Shown here piece after piece: positions 22,660 to 35,788 of a stretch of 64,000 nt of DNA. The DNA comes from Lophium mytilinum (Eukaryota). The stretch is taken from contig MU004196.1 of assembly GCA_010093605.1 (NCBI GenBank), forward strand, positions 890,606 through 954,605, written 5' to 3'. How positions within the stretch are numbered: position 1 is the stretch's first letter; each line of letters begins with the position of its first letter. A program made the translations under genes and the position numbers. The notes under the pieces are model-generated. The model did no database searches. It was not told the DNA's origin and was given only the letters and a program-made list of their open reading frames with translations.

Positions 22660-25048
22660 TCACATCATCATACTTCGCCGTCTCCCAGCTGCTCTCCCTT
22701 CTCTGCCACTACCTCCTGCGCTCTCATCTCCAGAAGCGACCCCTGAAGAAGTCGTAGTCGTTGAGCGCTTCACGGTGCTGCTGCTCTTCCTCTCACTTAC
22801 ACTTTTGCCTGCAAGGTTGGATGAGCTGGAGCTTCTTGATGTGGTAGACTGCTTCAAAATCGATGGTAAAGTCCCGGATGAAGAATTCGACGAACCGGAC
22901 GTGGGCACAGACGAATGTCTTCTGCTTGTCTTGGTCTGCTTTGCGAGATCGATGCGTGAACGTCCGGTAGTCGGCGCATCGGTGGGGGATGAGTCCGTAA
23001 AATCGTAGATGGCAAGGCCGTCTTTGTCCTTTGCACTTTCCTTTTCATGCAGATGCTCCCGTGTCCTATCTCTTCGCTCCGAATCATCACGGCCCCTGTC
23101 TACCTCCGCGATTTGCACCGACTTCCTCCTCGAGTTCGCGGTCGCCGAGACTAACTTCGAAATTGCGTGTGCTGTTGCCGAAGGATATTGAGTCGGTGGC
23201 ACTAGGTCGTTGGCACTTTGCTGTCCGGCCTGAGCCATCTGTCGCCCTGCCTTCTTACTCAAAGGGCTGTCTTTCTCCCCAACCTCGTCTCGTTCAGCTT
23301 CATTAGGCTTTGGTAGACTTTTCCACGCAGAGTCTGATCCCTCGTCCTTTTCTCGCTTGATCACCACGTCTCGCCGTTTACTCTTGTCCCCAGTCGCCGG
23401 TTCAGCACTCATTGAGCCACGGTCCTCTTGTTTCGGACCAACAGCATCGGCAAGCTCTTTCGTGGGCCGACGCATTTTGGAGATTAAGTTGGGTTCGGCG
23501 TAGTTGACTTGAGGTCGTGCACGACGGGCGGCACGTCCAGCCAAACCATTGGCATCAGCTGAAGTGCTAGATGGATTAAGGTCAGCCGGTGGAGGGGTAT
23601 CTCTCGTTTCTGGACGTTGTGTGGATGGATTCGTTGGCGGTGGTGAAAACATATCGTCCATTGCAGGGGTTTTCGGTGGGAGAAATTCGACGGGTTCTTC
23701 GAGAGGCTCAGTCTGGATCGTGGCCAAATCGACGCTCTCAAATCTCGGGCGCCGATTAGGAAGTCGTTGACTACGAGAGGAGGCCTTGGGTGGCTTTTTC
23801 GCTTCCGGCTTTTCGGCAGGCGTTGGCTTTGGTTTCTTGGGCGACAGAACAGGGTCCGTGTTCACGGGCTCTAGAGTTTTTGATTAGCATGGACAGCTGG
23901 CTAGAATGGGAGACGTGAACGTACTGCTCCCTAGGATCTTCCTCTCAGGCGCGCTCAGAGGATGGGAATCGTTCCTAAGATTTATGTCGGTGTCATTGCC
24001 AGATACGCTTGAATTCCCTCTCCGAGTGTATTGGAACGAGTCCGGCGTTGTTTCCGCTACCTCTTGAGCATCGTCCTCTTCTCTTACGCTGAGTTTCCTC
24101 TTGGCTCCAACTTTGAGCCCACCATTCTTATCATTAGAGGATGCTTCCTCTTCACCTCCTTCTGGTGACGATTGATATACGGACATGCGACGGATGGTAA
24201 GCTTCGGATTGCTCTCCCGGCGCTTTCGACGGGTTTCTAGCATAACGTTCTGGCCGGGGTTTAGGTCTTCGGACTCATTCTCGACCGTGTTCTGGCTTGC
24301 TGATGGTCGAGGGTCGAACTGAATAGGCTCTTCGGTATCGAAGCGGGCAACCGGTGGTGGTCCAATATCCGGAGACTGGGAGTCTGGATCCTCTAACATT
24401 CCGCGTAGCTCATCCGCACTACACGGATTAGTCTCTTTCAAATCTCTCAGAACCGTGTGGGAGCATACTTCATAGTCTTTCGCGGATAGTATTTATCCTC
24501 CGTAATTGTAGGCAACTTGCCATCATCACCCTCGAACTGTCCATACCCAGCCCCGCCCCGCCAATTCCTCTCATCCGGGCTTCTCCTTGTTGCTGCCGTC
24601 TGTGATTTGCACTGTCTTTGGCGCTCCGGATTCTGTAGCTGGCCCAGCTCAGCGACCAGTGTACCCAGTTCGTGTATCTTTGCCTCTAATTTGTCTCTGA
24701 CGACATGTATGTTCTCTGCCGAGGGGCCGATCGACTGGTTATCAAGTGCTGTCTGTAGGTTGATAACCTGTTCACGTAGCGAAAGGTTTTCGGCAAGGAG
24801 ACGCGAGCCTTCATTTTCCAAGTTACGGATGCGGACGGATTGGGTAGAGTTGGTTCTGTTGACTATTAGCATGACATATAAACACTGAGTCTACATCGCA
24901 ATACTGACTTGGCTAGCTCTCTGTTCTGCCTGAGGAATCTCCGCTTGACTATAAAGCTATCAGCAATGTGTTGTTGTTGCCGGGTTGTCAGTAACTTACG
25001 AGCATCGACGCTCTCAGTACTTGTTGGCGCCTCGTTCAGGCGCGCCAT
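22660..25048 (-). CDS. SGO1: Shugoshin, multi-exon
   Basis: N-terminal coiled coil KRRFLRQNRELAK-TNSTQSVRIRNLENE..RLLAENLSLREQV; basic SGO motif RRARPQVNYAEPNLISKMRRP; C-terminal RRRSMMM. Confidence 0.92.
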
Positions 25049-25389
25049 ATGCGCCGGCTAGGTATGTGGGTAAGTATGATGCGGCGAAACGTGTCAAGCT
25101 GTCCAGTACAGGTATTTGAGACATAGAGGGGCGTGGCTGCCGTGGTCCAGGTGGTCGGTGGTAGAAAGGGTGGTTTGGATGATGAGGGCCACTGTTTGTT
25201 GACAAGGCGGCGATCGGAGCAACCAGAAAAAGAGCTGCCCTGTGCGCTAACACGTGAATTGCTCGAGTCGCGTCAACCCACCAGAACCTCACGACACAAC
25301 GGCGGTCACTTGAACTGATTGTTACCGCAAGACAAAAGTTATATTGCACTCTTTTGCCTCCTTGTGATTGACACTCAACCTCCTCAAAT

Positions 25390-25918
25390 ATGTCGTACGG
25401 CCGCCCCATCCCATCCCACCTCCGCAACGCCTCGCTCTCCAACCCACAGTCCTCCACCGGGCAAAGCCCCGTTCTCGTTGCGCGCATAAATGAGAAGAAG
25501 GCGGAACTGGCCAATCTGAAAGATCTACAGGCACTGAGTGCTGGCCTAGCGGACCAGATGCAGATGCTGGAGGACAAACTAGCGACCTTATCAGACGGAA
25601 CTGAAGGTAGACTCGCGCTCTACCGTTGAGGCATGTCGGGGGACTAAACGCTTACAGCTATTGCGGCTGTACTTTCAAATTGGCATAATGTGCTCAGGGC
25701 GATCAACATGGCATCAAGTGAGTGTCCCCATGAAAGTAGTATGTTGAACATCAACTTACGTCTCAAAAGTGAAAATCCCCAAACCGAAAGACGCCGACGA
25801 AGAAGCCCCTGAGACCAAACCCCAGACGGAGGTCCCACTTCCACAGCCTCTAGTTCGTATTCCTACGGAGCAAGCTGCACTGCTTCCACAGTCGACCTCT
25901 GGGAGTATCGCCGATTGA
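25390..25918 (+). CDS. DAD2: DASH/Dam1 complex subunit Dad2, 3 exons
   Basis: LVARINEKKAELANLKDLQALSAGLADQMQMLEDKLATLSDGTE-AIAAVLSNWHNVLRAINMAS...PLPQPLVRIP; stop TGA 25916-25918. Confidence 0.9.
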
Positions 25919-26970
25919 GCACGATGCCTCAGTTTCAATATACCACTAAGCGATACGAACTGACGCGGTGAGACGGTAGCCAGCCAGTGATAAACACAGC
26001 TACTCTCTCTCATCGCTTGGTCAGGGAAAGGCGGAACAACAGTGCCAGCTTTGTCCGCGCTTTTGAGCTGGCCCTTGGAGACCATTCTTGGTACTTCAAG
26101 GAGCCCAACCCCATCTGCGAGTCAGCGAGGTTGACGAATAGAGCCAACGTGAGCGACCAAGTAATATCAATGCGTATTTGGGACGATGGCGTTGTGATAG
26201 TACAAAACTTGGCCATATACAAACCTAGAAAAACAACCAGGAAAGCATCCCGGAAGCAATCCGAGTCTTGACTTTATCCAAGCATATATCCCTCCCATGC
26301 GTTTTGCGTTTAGGCGCCTTAACAGTGCCCGAACCCCATGGCCTCATTCAATGCCATATTGATGCCGTATGACTCGGTCGTTACATAGGAAGTTTACTAG
26401 GCGGCGCTCATGCGAATCACCAGACGGTCCCGCGTATAGGTCATTACCCCGCTTATAGCATCTTCTCCCAGGTCTACACCAAGAAAGCTTGTGCTTTTTC
26501 ACAGTAGTTGTGCTCCTGTCGGACTACAAGTTCGTCGAAGTACCGAGAAACCTATAATCGACGTCGCCAGCACGACATCGAGTTTCGTTGAACTGCATTC
26601 AATCCGTCTTAGCGGCTCCCCCGTATCTCTCCGATTCGCAATACTTGACTCAAGTGCCAGTATGTGGGAAGATGTCTCATTCCCCCGCAATCCACTATCC
26701 CCTGTTGAGTACCTGTATCCCTACCTTGACTACTAGTCGACAGCAAGTATTCGACTGAAAGCACTGTGGCTCTAGCATATGACTGACATAGCTTTACCGG
26801 CTATCAGGTTCTCCGTATGCAACAAGGTAATGCCCAGCAGGATGGTAAACATTTTCCGACAAGAGCTAGAAGAGTGTGAGAATATAGATATCTCTTTACA
26901 GCCCTTTGGCTAGTCTATCCTTTTGTAAAAGCTCCGACAAAGTTCGGTGCAGCTAGACGTACTCATCAAC

Positions 26971-29004
26971 ATGGCTCCTCTACCAGGCATGCGCAAACAG
27001 CGCATAAATGCCTTCCAAGTACTAATACTTTGCTTTGTCGGGCTCGGCTCGATGACTTACGGATACACTGCTTCAATTATTGGCACCACTCTAGGTATGG
27101 ATCCAACCAGTCCCACCAATTCGTCACTAATCTTCTGGTCAGGCCAACCATCCTTCATCGAATACTTTGAGCTAGACACAAAAGAGAACGGGACTGATCT
27201 CATTTCCACAACCAACGGGCTCTTCCAAACGGGAGGAGTCATCGGAACTCTTCTTCTTCCTCTTATCTCCGACAAGTATGGCAGAAAATGGGGCATCGCA
27301 GTTGTGAGCCGAATGCTACTTTCAAAAATCGCATACGCTTACGCCCATTAGAGTGCTATTTTAGCTGTGGTTTCAGGAGCCTTCTTGGCAGGGAGCACTA
27401 ATATTGCGGAATTCATTGTCTTTCGCTTTGTAGCTGGTGCTGCTGCTTTCATGAGTTTGGCGGCTGTTCCTGTAAGTCTTGTTCTATGAGTGCTAGGTTT
27501 GTTTTTGCTAATTTCCGAGAAGATTTGGATGAACGTAAGAAATCGATACCTTGACTTAATTTGAAGGCTTCACTCATGATGTTACCAGGAAGTTGCCCCC
27601 GTCAAAATGCGCGCAGGTCTGGTCGATATCCATGCCGTGTTGCTCATCTTTGGATACACCGCCCAAGGATGGGTAGGTTTTGGGTTCTACTTCTGGAAAC
27701 AGGGTTCGTCTCCCACCATGCAGATGCTTAACGGCCTCAGCTTTCCCCTCATTCTTCTTATGTAATTCCACTGACGATAATATAGGTGGCATCAATACAT
27801 GGAGACCCCCACTGGCACTTCAATGTGCCTGGCCTCTTCTACTTCTTTGCGGCCTCTATTGGATCCCAGAATCTCCGCGTTGGCTGATGATCATGGACCG
27901 CGAAGAAGAAGCCCGAGATATCCTGTACAGGCTTCATGCAGATCCGAGTGATCCGGACAACGAGTTCGCAAGATCCGAATACTATCAGATCAAAAAGCAA
28001 ATAGCCATCGATCGTACGCTAGGCAGCTCTTGGAAAGTCATGTTCACGAAGCCGTCATATAGGAAACGAGCTTTCCTAGCCATGGGCCTCACGTTCTTCA
28101 TTCAGTGCTCTGGTGTCCTCGTTATCAACAGTGAGCAACATCCTCTACGAGTAAGCCGTATACATCTAACTTTGCGACAGACTACGGCCCAACTCTGTAT
28201 AAAAACCTCGGCTTCAGCCCCGTCAAGCAGCTCCTCTACCCCGCCGGCTGGCTCACTTTCGCCCTAGGCTTGAACATAGTCGCCATTTTCGTTGTCGACC
28301 GCTTCCCCCGAAACAAGTACATTGGCGTCGGAATCCTAGGCTGCATGGCCACTCTCGTCGTTGAAGCCGCGCTAGTCGCGAACTTCGTACCCTCGAATAA
28401 CAAAAGCGCCCTTCAAGCTGCCGTTGCTATGTTCTTTGTCTTTCAAGTGCCGTACAGTCTTGCGCTTGATGGGTACGTGACTGGCGTCGTTCTGGTGTGT
28501 CACTGGAGCTAATCGGTACACAGCACGCAGTTCTCCTACCTAGGAGAGATCTTCCCAACCCACCTCCGCGCCAAAGGCGTTTCCCTCGGCGTTGCCATGA
28601 TCTCGCTCACTAATATCGTGTGGTTGCAAGCCGCGCCTACCGCCTTCATGTAAGTATCCTCTTTTCCCTTCTCTGTCCCCAAAATCCGCCCCAAAATCCG
28701 CCCCAAAACTAACAAATAGTCCTACAGCACCATCGGCTGGAAATTCTACCTCGTCTTCATTATACCCGGCACTATTGGCGGTTGCATTATCTTTTTCTTC
28801 TTCCCGGACACCAAAGGCCTGCCTCTAGAAGAGGTAGCGGCGCTGTTTGGAGATGAGGACGAAATCGCGGTGTACCAGCGCGAGATCGATATTCATGGGA
28901 ACGAAATTGTGGATCGGCATGGGGATTTGAAGGAGAAGGAAGAGGTGGGATACTTGGAGGATGTGAATACAGGGGCGGGGGAGGGGAACGGGAATAGGGT
29001 GTAG
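26971..29004 (+). CDS. MFS sugar porter family transporter, many introns
   Basis: GSMTYGYTASIIG, SDKYGRK, FRFVAG, PIWMNEVAP..MRAGL, WRPPLALQ, PESPRWL, VDRFPR, YLGEIFPTHLRAKG, PDTKGLPLEE; stop TAG 29002-29004. Confidence 0.92.
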
Positions 29005-30109
29005 GATTGAGGTGAGATTCCATCTCCAGCCACATCTTGGCGGACATGGTATAGAATTAGTCAGTGTTCTAAAGCCTGGGGTGAAAGCTCATGTTTGTCG
29101 TTCTAGGATGGGATACCGTAGTTAATTCAAGGGCTCGTTATAACCTTACTGACCCATACTACGTGTCTACACTATCGGTACAAGATATCACTATTAGACC
29201 AAAGTATATCGTAGAACCATGCTGAGTTTTCACGCTCTTGGCCTAAGGTATGATGGTTTAACTAAATAAGCCCTCCCTCTGTAGGACGCTTTCGGGACAA
29301 CATCCGAGAAATACAAAAAAAGTAAAGATTATGGGCACATGGTGTGCCCCAGGCTTTTAGTCTAAGACACAAGACGTAGACCGAAAGTGGACATTATGTG
29401 CCGTCTTCTCACCTTCTTTAGCAGGCGTTCGATTTAAGAAACAAAAGTGAGACCCAGAGCGTGTGGAGAAGATAAGGGGACGAAGATATCGAAAGAGAAA
29501 GTAATAAGGTGTGTAGGTAGTGAAACGGGGGTTTCAAGGGTATATAATAGTTATATTGCTTAGCAAATCCAAACTTTGGAGCACTGCTACAACGTTCACC
29601 TGGTCTTTAAGCCTGCCCCAGTGGTCGAGTTAGCGCCGTTCAAGCCCGTCCGTGGGTGAGGGAATGACGTTTCAAACATTGACTCTTCTGCACCACTGGG
29701 TAGGTTGACGGATCATTTGTGCTCACTATCAGTCTTCGAACCCCTTTTTTGCTGTTTCCCTCCTTTTCAGAGGTCACGCCCATGTGACCATCACTTGACC
29801 ATGGTGTATGCGTCTCGATTGAAATGACTTAGCCCCTACGCGGTCTTCTAGTATCTTCCCCTTCTTCGCCCTTTATACTACGCGCCCATACTAGGTGTTT
29901 AGCTTTTTAAGACAAGTTGTATTGTCTCTAGTTAAAGCCTCCCCTATATTACCACGCTCTCGGTCTATAATACACCCATTTTATCAGAAGTATGCACACC
30001 CCGGCCCCCTACCAACACCCAAGGGGGCCTCTTTCAACCCACCATCTTCTTTTTCGCCAAAACCTCTGCCGCCTCTCCTCTTAACTAATACCACCTACCC
30101 TCTCCTTCC

Positions 30110-31349
30110 TTACACGTGTTTATCCAAGAAACTGTTCACAACCCCAAACCACCCCGTCGCATTCCCATGCAAATTCATCCCATGCCCAGTATCCGGCTGC
30201 AAATAAAACTCCAACGGGCTCGCCTTCGCAAACAGCAACGGAGAGACCGAGTACGGCCCATCCAAAATCCCCTTACAATCCGCGCCACAGAAGATAAGAT
30301 CAGAATCCCCGTCAATCATCTACGCCCTCATTAGCTCCGACCCTCAAACCATAACAAAAACAGATTTAGACACGACTCACCAAAATCGGTCCCGTAAACG
30401 CCGTCGCCGCATACGGAATTTTCCCAAACGTCACCAGCTCGCCCAGCGTAAACGGGAACTTATGCGCCTCCGCATACTCCAGCACCGCCGGCTCGAAATT
30501 AGGATACTTAAGGAAGCTGTACTGGTTTGCGAACTTGTCGCCCCAGGTCAGGTACCCCGAGGAGCGCTTGCCGAAGCGCGCGGGCTGGTTTTCGGACGCG
30601 AGGTGGAAGCCGCTGGAGACTTCAAATAGCCCCTCGAAGGTGGTGTTGTGCGAGAAGCCGGTGAGCACGACGCCGTTGGAGAGGTCGGGCCGCGTGGCGA
30701 TCAGCGCGTTGGAGAGCTGCGAGCCGTAGCTGTGGCCGACGTGGACGATTTTCGCGGGCTTGGGGATCAGGTGGGAGAGCGTGCCGGATTTGAGGCCTTC
30801 GGTGAGGTGGGTTAGGAGGGCGAGCTCGAAGGGGGCTTGCACGACGTTGTAGGGGTCCTCGACGCTGGAGAGCCCGGTGCCGACACGGTCGTAGGAAAAT
30901 GTGGCGTACCCTGCGGCAGTCGCAGCGGCGATGTAGTTGTACGTCGTTTTTGGGGCGCCGAAGTTCCAGTAGGTTTTGTCGAAGCCGAGGCCGTGGGTGA
31001 GAAGTTGCACTATTGGGGCTTTCTTGGGGTCAGGATGGGTCGTAGGAGTGCAGTAGAGCGCGCTGATGGAGAGGGGAACGGTGATGTTGCTTGGGGGTCC
31101 AAGGAGGGCGGATGGGTCGGCGGAGGCGTCGCGGTCTGTGAAAGCGAGGTTGAGAGCGGTTGATTCGTAGCCATTCTTGAGTGCAGGGAGGAGGAAGGGG
31201 TAGGAGGGGGCGGTGAGGGAGATGGAGAGGGTGAGGGGGATGCAGTCGGGTGAGTGGGGATTCGGGTGTGGGGTTGCGCTTGTGAGAAGGGGGAGGGAGA
31301 GAAGAGAGGAGAGTATGATGGGAAGCATTGTTAGAATGGATAGAGTCAT
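30110..31349 (-). CDS. Secreted alpha/beta hydrolase; one intron near 30322-30380 (start ATG 31349 or 31328)
   Basis: Signal peptide; LLTHGLGFDKTYW oxyanion region, YDRVGTGLS, nucleophile elbow HVGHSYGS, DLIFC (Asp), TGHGMNLH (His). Confidence 0.88.
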
Positions 31350-32771
31350 GATGAATTGACGACGGAGAATCTTACGTACTGGACATACTGCCAGAGCCTT
31401 CATTTATGTATTTTTTGGCCTCTGATGTGTTCAAGCTAACATCTGGCTAGGAAAGCGTCTACTTTGCTTTCTCATCGTAGTAAGCATACTGTAATGCGCT
31501 AGGGATTTGGAATGCCTCGATAGGTGCGTGGATGATTACTTCGAGAGGTTGCTCGGCAAGAGGTAGAGATGTAGTTGCTCACTCATCGTGGATTTTCGGC
31601 CGAAGTCGCATTGGCGCATTACTCATCCCTGCGGAGCATATTGTCCAACGAGAAAATTGACCGAAGAGGGAAGTAATCAGAACTATGAGCTAATGGGCGA
31701 TTTGAGTGTGTACTATTTGAGTGTGTACAAGCCAATCAGGTGTCGTTGTTAGAATGCTTAGTCTTGACTAAGCAAACCTTGTCGTTTGATTGGAAGATTG
31801 ATAGGAAAACCCCTGTGCCCCGTAAACCTGTCTCTGATAGACCTAGTGTGCACATTCCGAAAACGGCCTGTAGACGAGTCAGGAGGCATAACAAAGGAAA
31901 AAACTTCGATGAGTTGATAGGTTGACCTGCTAAAGCGAAGTACCACATTGGGTGTAGGCGGTTTCGCTTGGAGAAATTCTAAATTTAACTGCGCGAACAT
32001 GTAATTTTAAGACGCAAAATGGACATAGCAGTCTCTTCTTACTATTCGATTGAGCGACAAATGTAACGTTGATAGAAATAGGTATCTGTTTACCTGCCGA
32101 GGCATCTCATGAACAGATTTTGCCGTTCTGTGAGAAGATGCTTCAATTTGAACCGCGCGGTCGATCTCGACGACACAGAGCGTATTTGCCTGGGATGTAT
32201 GATGACGTGACCGACCTACTCCTGTCCTTATTGAACCACGATGTCAACGTCGGTCACCTGATGCTAGGATCACGTGATGCGGTCGCGCACTTGGTAGAAT
32301 TGTCGATTTTTCGTTTTATGCGTATGTGCTCGCCATATGCTTCCAAGGCTCTGAGATACATGTCAAACTGTTTTACAGGAAATAGGGCTTCCACCTTAAC
32401 ATAACTCACGCGGCATCCATATCTGTTTAGCGCAATTTACACGTAATTACAGCCGAGGATCACCTCCAGGCATGCACGCCCGTATCTTGAGCACAAAACT
32501 TTCCACCTTTGCGCTCTTAGGTGCGGTGCTCGAGAAACCGTGAAATGCTGGTATTGCTCAGGGGCCTGGCTGCGACATCTCGCGGCATCTGCACAGCCAC
32601 ACGCCTACATCCGGGCTGTGCCATCGTGCATGTTGCTCTCAGGGGTGGCACTAGCTCCCAGGCTGCCTGACGACCGCTCTGAATTCCTCATGTTTCCTAC
32701 AATTCTAGCTTCAATAACTTGTCCGACTATCTCCAAGTTCATAGAGGCTTTCAACGCCTGTTCTGATCGGG

Positions 32772-35166
32772 ATGAAGGCACCGCACTTCGATTCGAAGGT
32801 CGACTTGTATCAGCCCGAGGCAGTATACAGCCAGCACGTTACCTCCACTCAGCAGTATGAAAGATTGTGCTTAAATTGCAAGGGTATCACGATCGAAGGT
32901 ATAAGAGACGAAACCAGCTACTATCACCATCACCATGATTTTCACCAGATCGTCAAGTCCGCCTTAACTTGCGCTATGTGCGAACTCATCCGGGATGGCC
33001 TTCGACAAAGTTTTCCTGACCCACAGTGGTACAATGGACGGGAAGATGCACTCGATCTACACTTGGAAGCCTCGACGACGAGCTTAAGCAACCATCCGAT
33101 ACTCATTCGTGGAGATACGTGTTCTGCCACAAATGGTCGTTTGAACCCACGCGTGGGTTTCAAGGCATTCATTCCCGGTCATGTTTCCTGTATCTTCAAT
33201 CGTTACCCTTCCTTTGGTAGGTATACTCCTGGATTCCTCGCTCAAAAAGCTTGAAGGCGCTCGCTAATCATGTTACTGTCAAGAGGAAGGACCTTGGTCG
33301 CCGGTCAGACCTATTGGCTTGAAGAAACTTGAGTTGGCACGGGAATGGCTTTCAGACAGCTCGTCCACAGGACCACTAGAACAAGCAGTATCGATAATCA
33401 GCAAACCTCTCCAGCGGTGCCGAGTAGCAGATGCAATTGTTCCGCCAACCAGGCTTCTAGATCTTGGTATCGCGCCATGGACCAGTCCACAAGACTTGCG
33501 ACTATGCTTGACAGACTCAATGAGCATAGATCTCCTAGACCATCTGACGTATGCCACGCTCAGTCATCGATGGGGAAACTCTCAGCATCTAAGAACCACA
33601 CAGTCGAATCTATCCACACATCATCAAAACATACATTTCGCGGACCTGCCAGGGACCTTCAGGGATGCAGTTATCCTTACTAGATATCTTGAAATTCGTT
33701 ATCTCTGGATCGATGCCCTCTGTATTGTGCAGGACGATATTCTGGAATGGCACCGTGAAGCTATAATGATGGGGAACATCTACAAAAACGCCAAAGTTAC
33801 GATAGCCGTGCATCACGCGGGAGACGACAGCGAAGGATTTCTACACCACACACTGAGTGCTCCAAAGAGCGTGGAGCTTGGATACACTCGCGACATGGCC
33901 GGATTCACAGCTAGTCTACGAACTAACTTCAAGGCTGAGGTGGAGCGTAGTCCATTGAGTGCCAGAGGCTGGGTTCTGCAAGAGCGATTTCTAAGCCAAA
34001 GAACTCTTCATTTTACGTCAGGGTCCATTTTCTTCGAGGACGAACACGGTGTGAAATGCGAAGAAGACGGCGTGTTCAAAACGTCCTCCAGCCCTGATTG
34101 CATGTCTACCTCGAGTATGTCCCATTCGATTGTGTCTTCTACAGGCTCTGCAGTATTCCGAATGAGTGCAGTAGGCTCGAATGGTCCGGGCTCTGTTATC
34201 GCAAGTACCTGGTGCAATGTTTCAATGCAACTTTCGAATTACTGGTCGCCTATGGGCGCAGAAAAAGCATTATTGACGCCCTCTTTTGGCTCAGCAATAG
34301 GGCCTCTCAACATTGTGGCCAAAGTCGATCAACACGAAAAAAGAGATTCCCTCGTAACTAAGTGGCTCACAATCGTGGAGAGGTACTCGCGGACCCAATT
34401 GACGATGGCATGCGACAAGCTGCCCGCCATCGCCGGATTAGCAAGTTACATTCAAGAGCACACAGGGGTCTCATACTATTCTGGCATCTGGGCCGACTCG
34501 CTCCATTCCGGGCTGCTCTGGATGTCTGACCGACGGCCATTGATTTGTCCGAAAGTCCAAAGAGCACCGTCTTGGTCTTGGGCATCAGTGGATGGCCCAT
34601 TGCGCTTCCCAAGCGGTCGCATTATAGGGGAACAGCCCTGTAAGCTGCTGGCTATCGAATCGTCCCTGAAATCGTCCTCAAAGCACGGCTTAGACTTTTA
34701 TAATGGCCTTGCTTCCTTGCGGCTGCTCTCTTCAGTGAAAAAACCCGCACATTTTTCTTTGGATCTCTCAGCACTGCGCGATACATACAAATTCAAAAAT
34801 GGCGGCTATTACAAAGATGGCGGCTATTACACTGTGGAAAAGGGCGCCAATATCCATTTAATATTGGCATTGAAGCAAGATCAACCACTTATATGGTTCT
34901 CTCCGACAAAAAGGGCTGAAGAGGCATTGAAAGTCCGCCCTCCACATATTGGTCCTATTGGATGGGCTTCTTTCGACTGCGACACAGAGCTCGACTTGAG
35001 TCAAGTAGTACTCTGCTACGTAACCAAATCTTGGAAAATTCATCACGTTCTGCTACTTGTCAAGACGGGCTTAGCGACGGATGAATATCGCAGGGTGGGC
35101 GTCGGGGAAGTCTGGCAACAGAATTGGTTCGATGATGTGCGACCCACTGCTATTACTCTTGTATAG
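32772..35166 (+). CDS. HET domain protein (TOL-like); intron 33217-33283
   Basis: N-terminal LC..C...SA..C.MC.LI; PTRLLDL, YATLSHRWG, LPGTFRDAV, YLWIDALCIVQDD..EW..E...MGNIYKNA, PLSARGWVLQERFLS.RTLHF, DKLPAIAGLA, RAPSWSWAS; the splice restores frame. Confidence 0.92.
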
Positions 35167-35788
35167 CCGGAATTGAAGCTGATGGTTGCTTTCCCTTCTG
35201 AGGACTGCGGGGAATCAAATTCAGAGCACATGAGGCCATGATGAAGCACTTTGACGACCAACCGGTTGCCTTCAACCTACTCTGGTAAGAATGAGAACTC
35301 TCTTCGAGGGACAACAGGATGAGAAGAAATTGCAATGTGTTGACTTTGAAAGGCTCACTTAAGAGAATTACTATACTAGAATTACCGACATTAATGCTTC
35401 AGCATCGACAAATCGGAAGCTAGCAAGCTTCATTGCATAGTAAAGCTATAATCTTGTTTTCCTCCCCACACGGATTTTCTAGATGGACTATATTTGCGTC
35501 GCCTCTGCGTTGACAAGTACATCCACATACTGCTCGATGCGGTCGGATCCAACAGTCTGGTGCTTATGTGTTAACACTCACATTCTACGACCGGTACTAC
35601 GACGCCACCACCACCACCACCCGCGAGGTGCCCTTTTACGTTCAAAAAAGACCTTTAGGTCAGTCGCATGAGTCCGTTCTCCGATTCTCACACAATGGGA
35701 GCAAGATGATCTGGCTAGTCTGGAGTCATACCGCAGAATACTGCTTTATAGAAGACATTCAGGTGTATTGATAGCAACTCTTGATGCA

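Noticed and set aside
29612..29650. tRNA-like A box (AGTGGTCGAGTT) and B box (GTTCAAGCCC)
   Set aside because: The boxes are nearly adjacent, with no anticodon arm or acceptor stem pairing.
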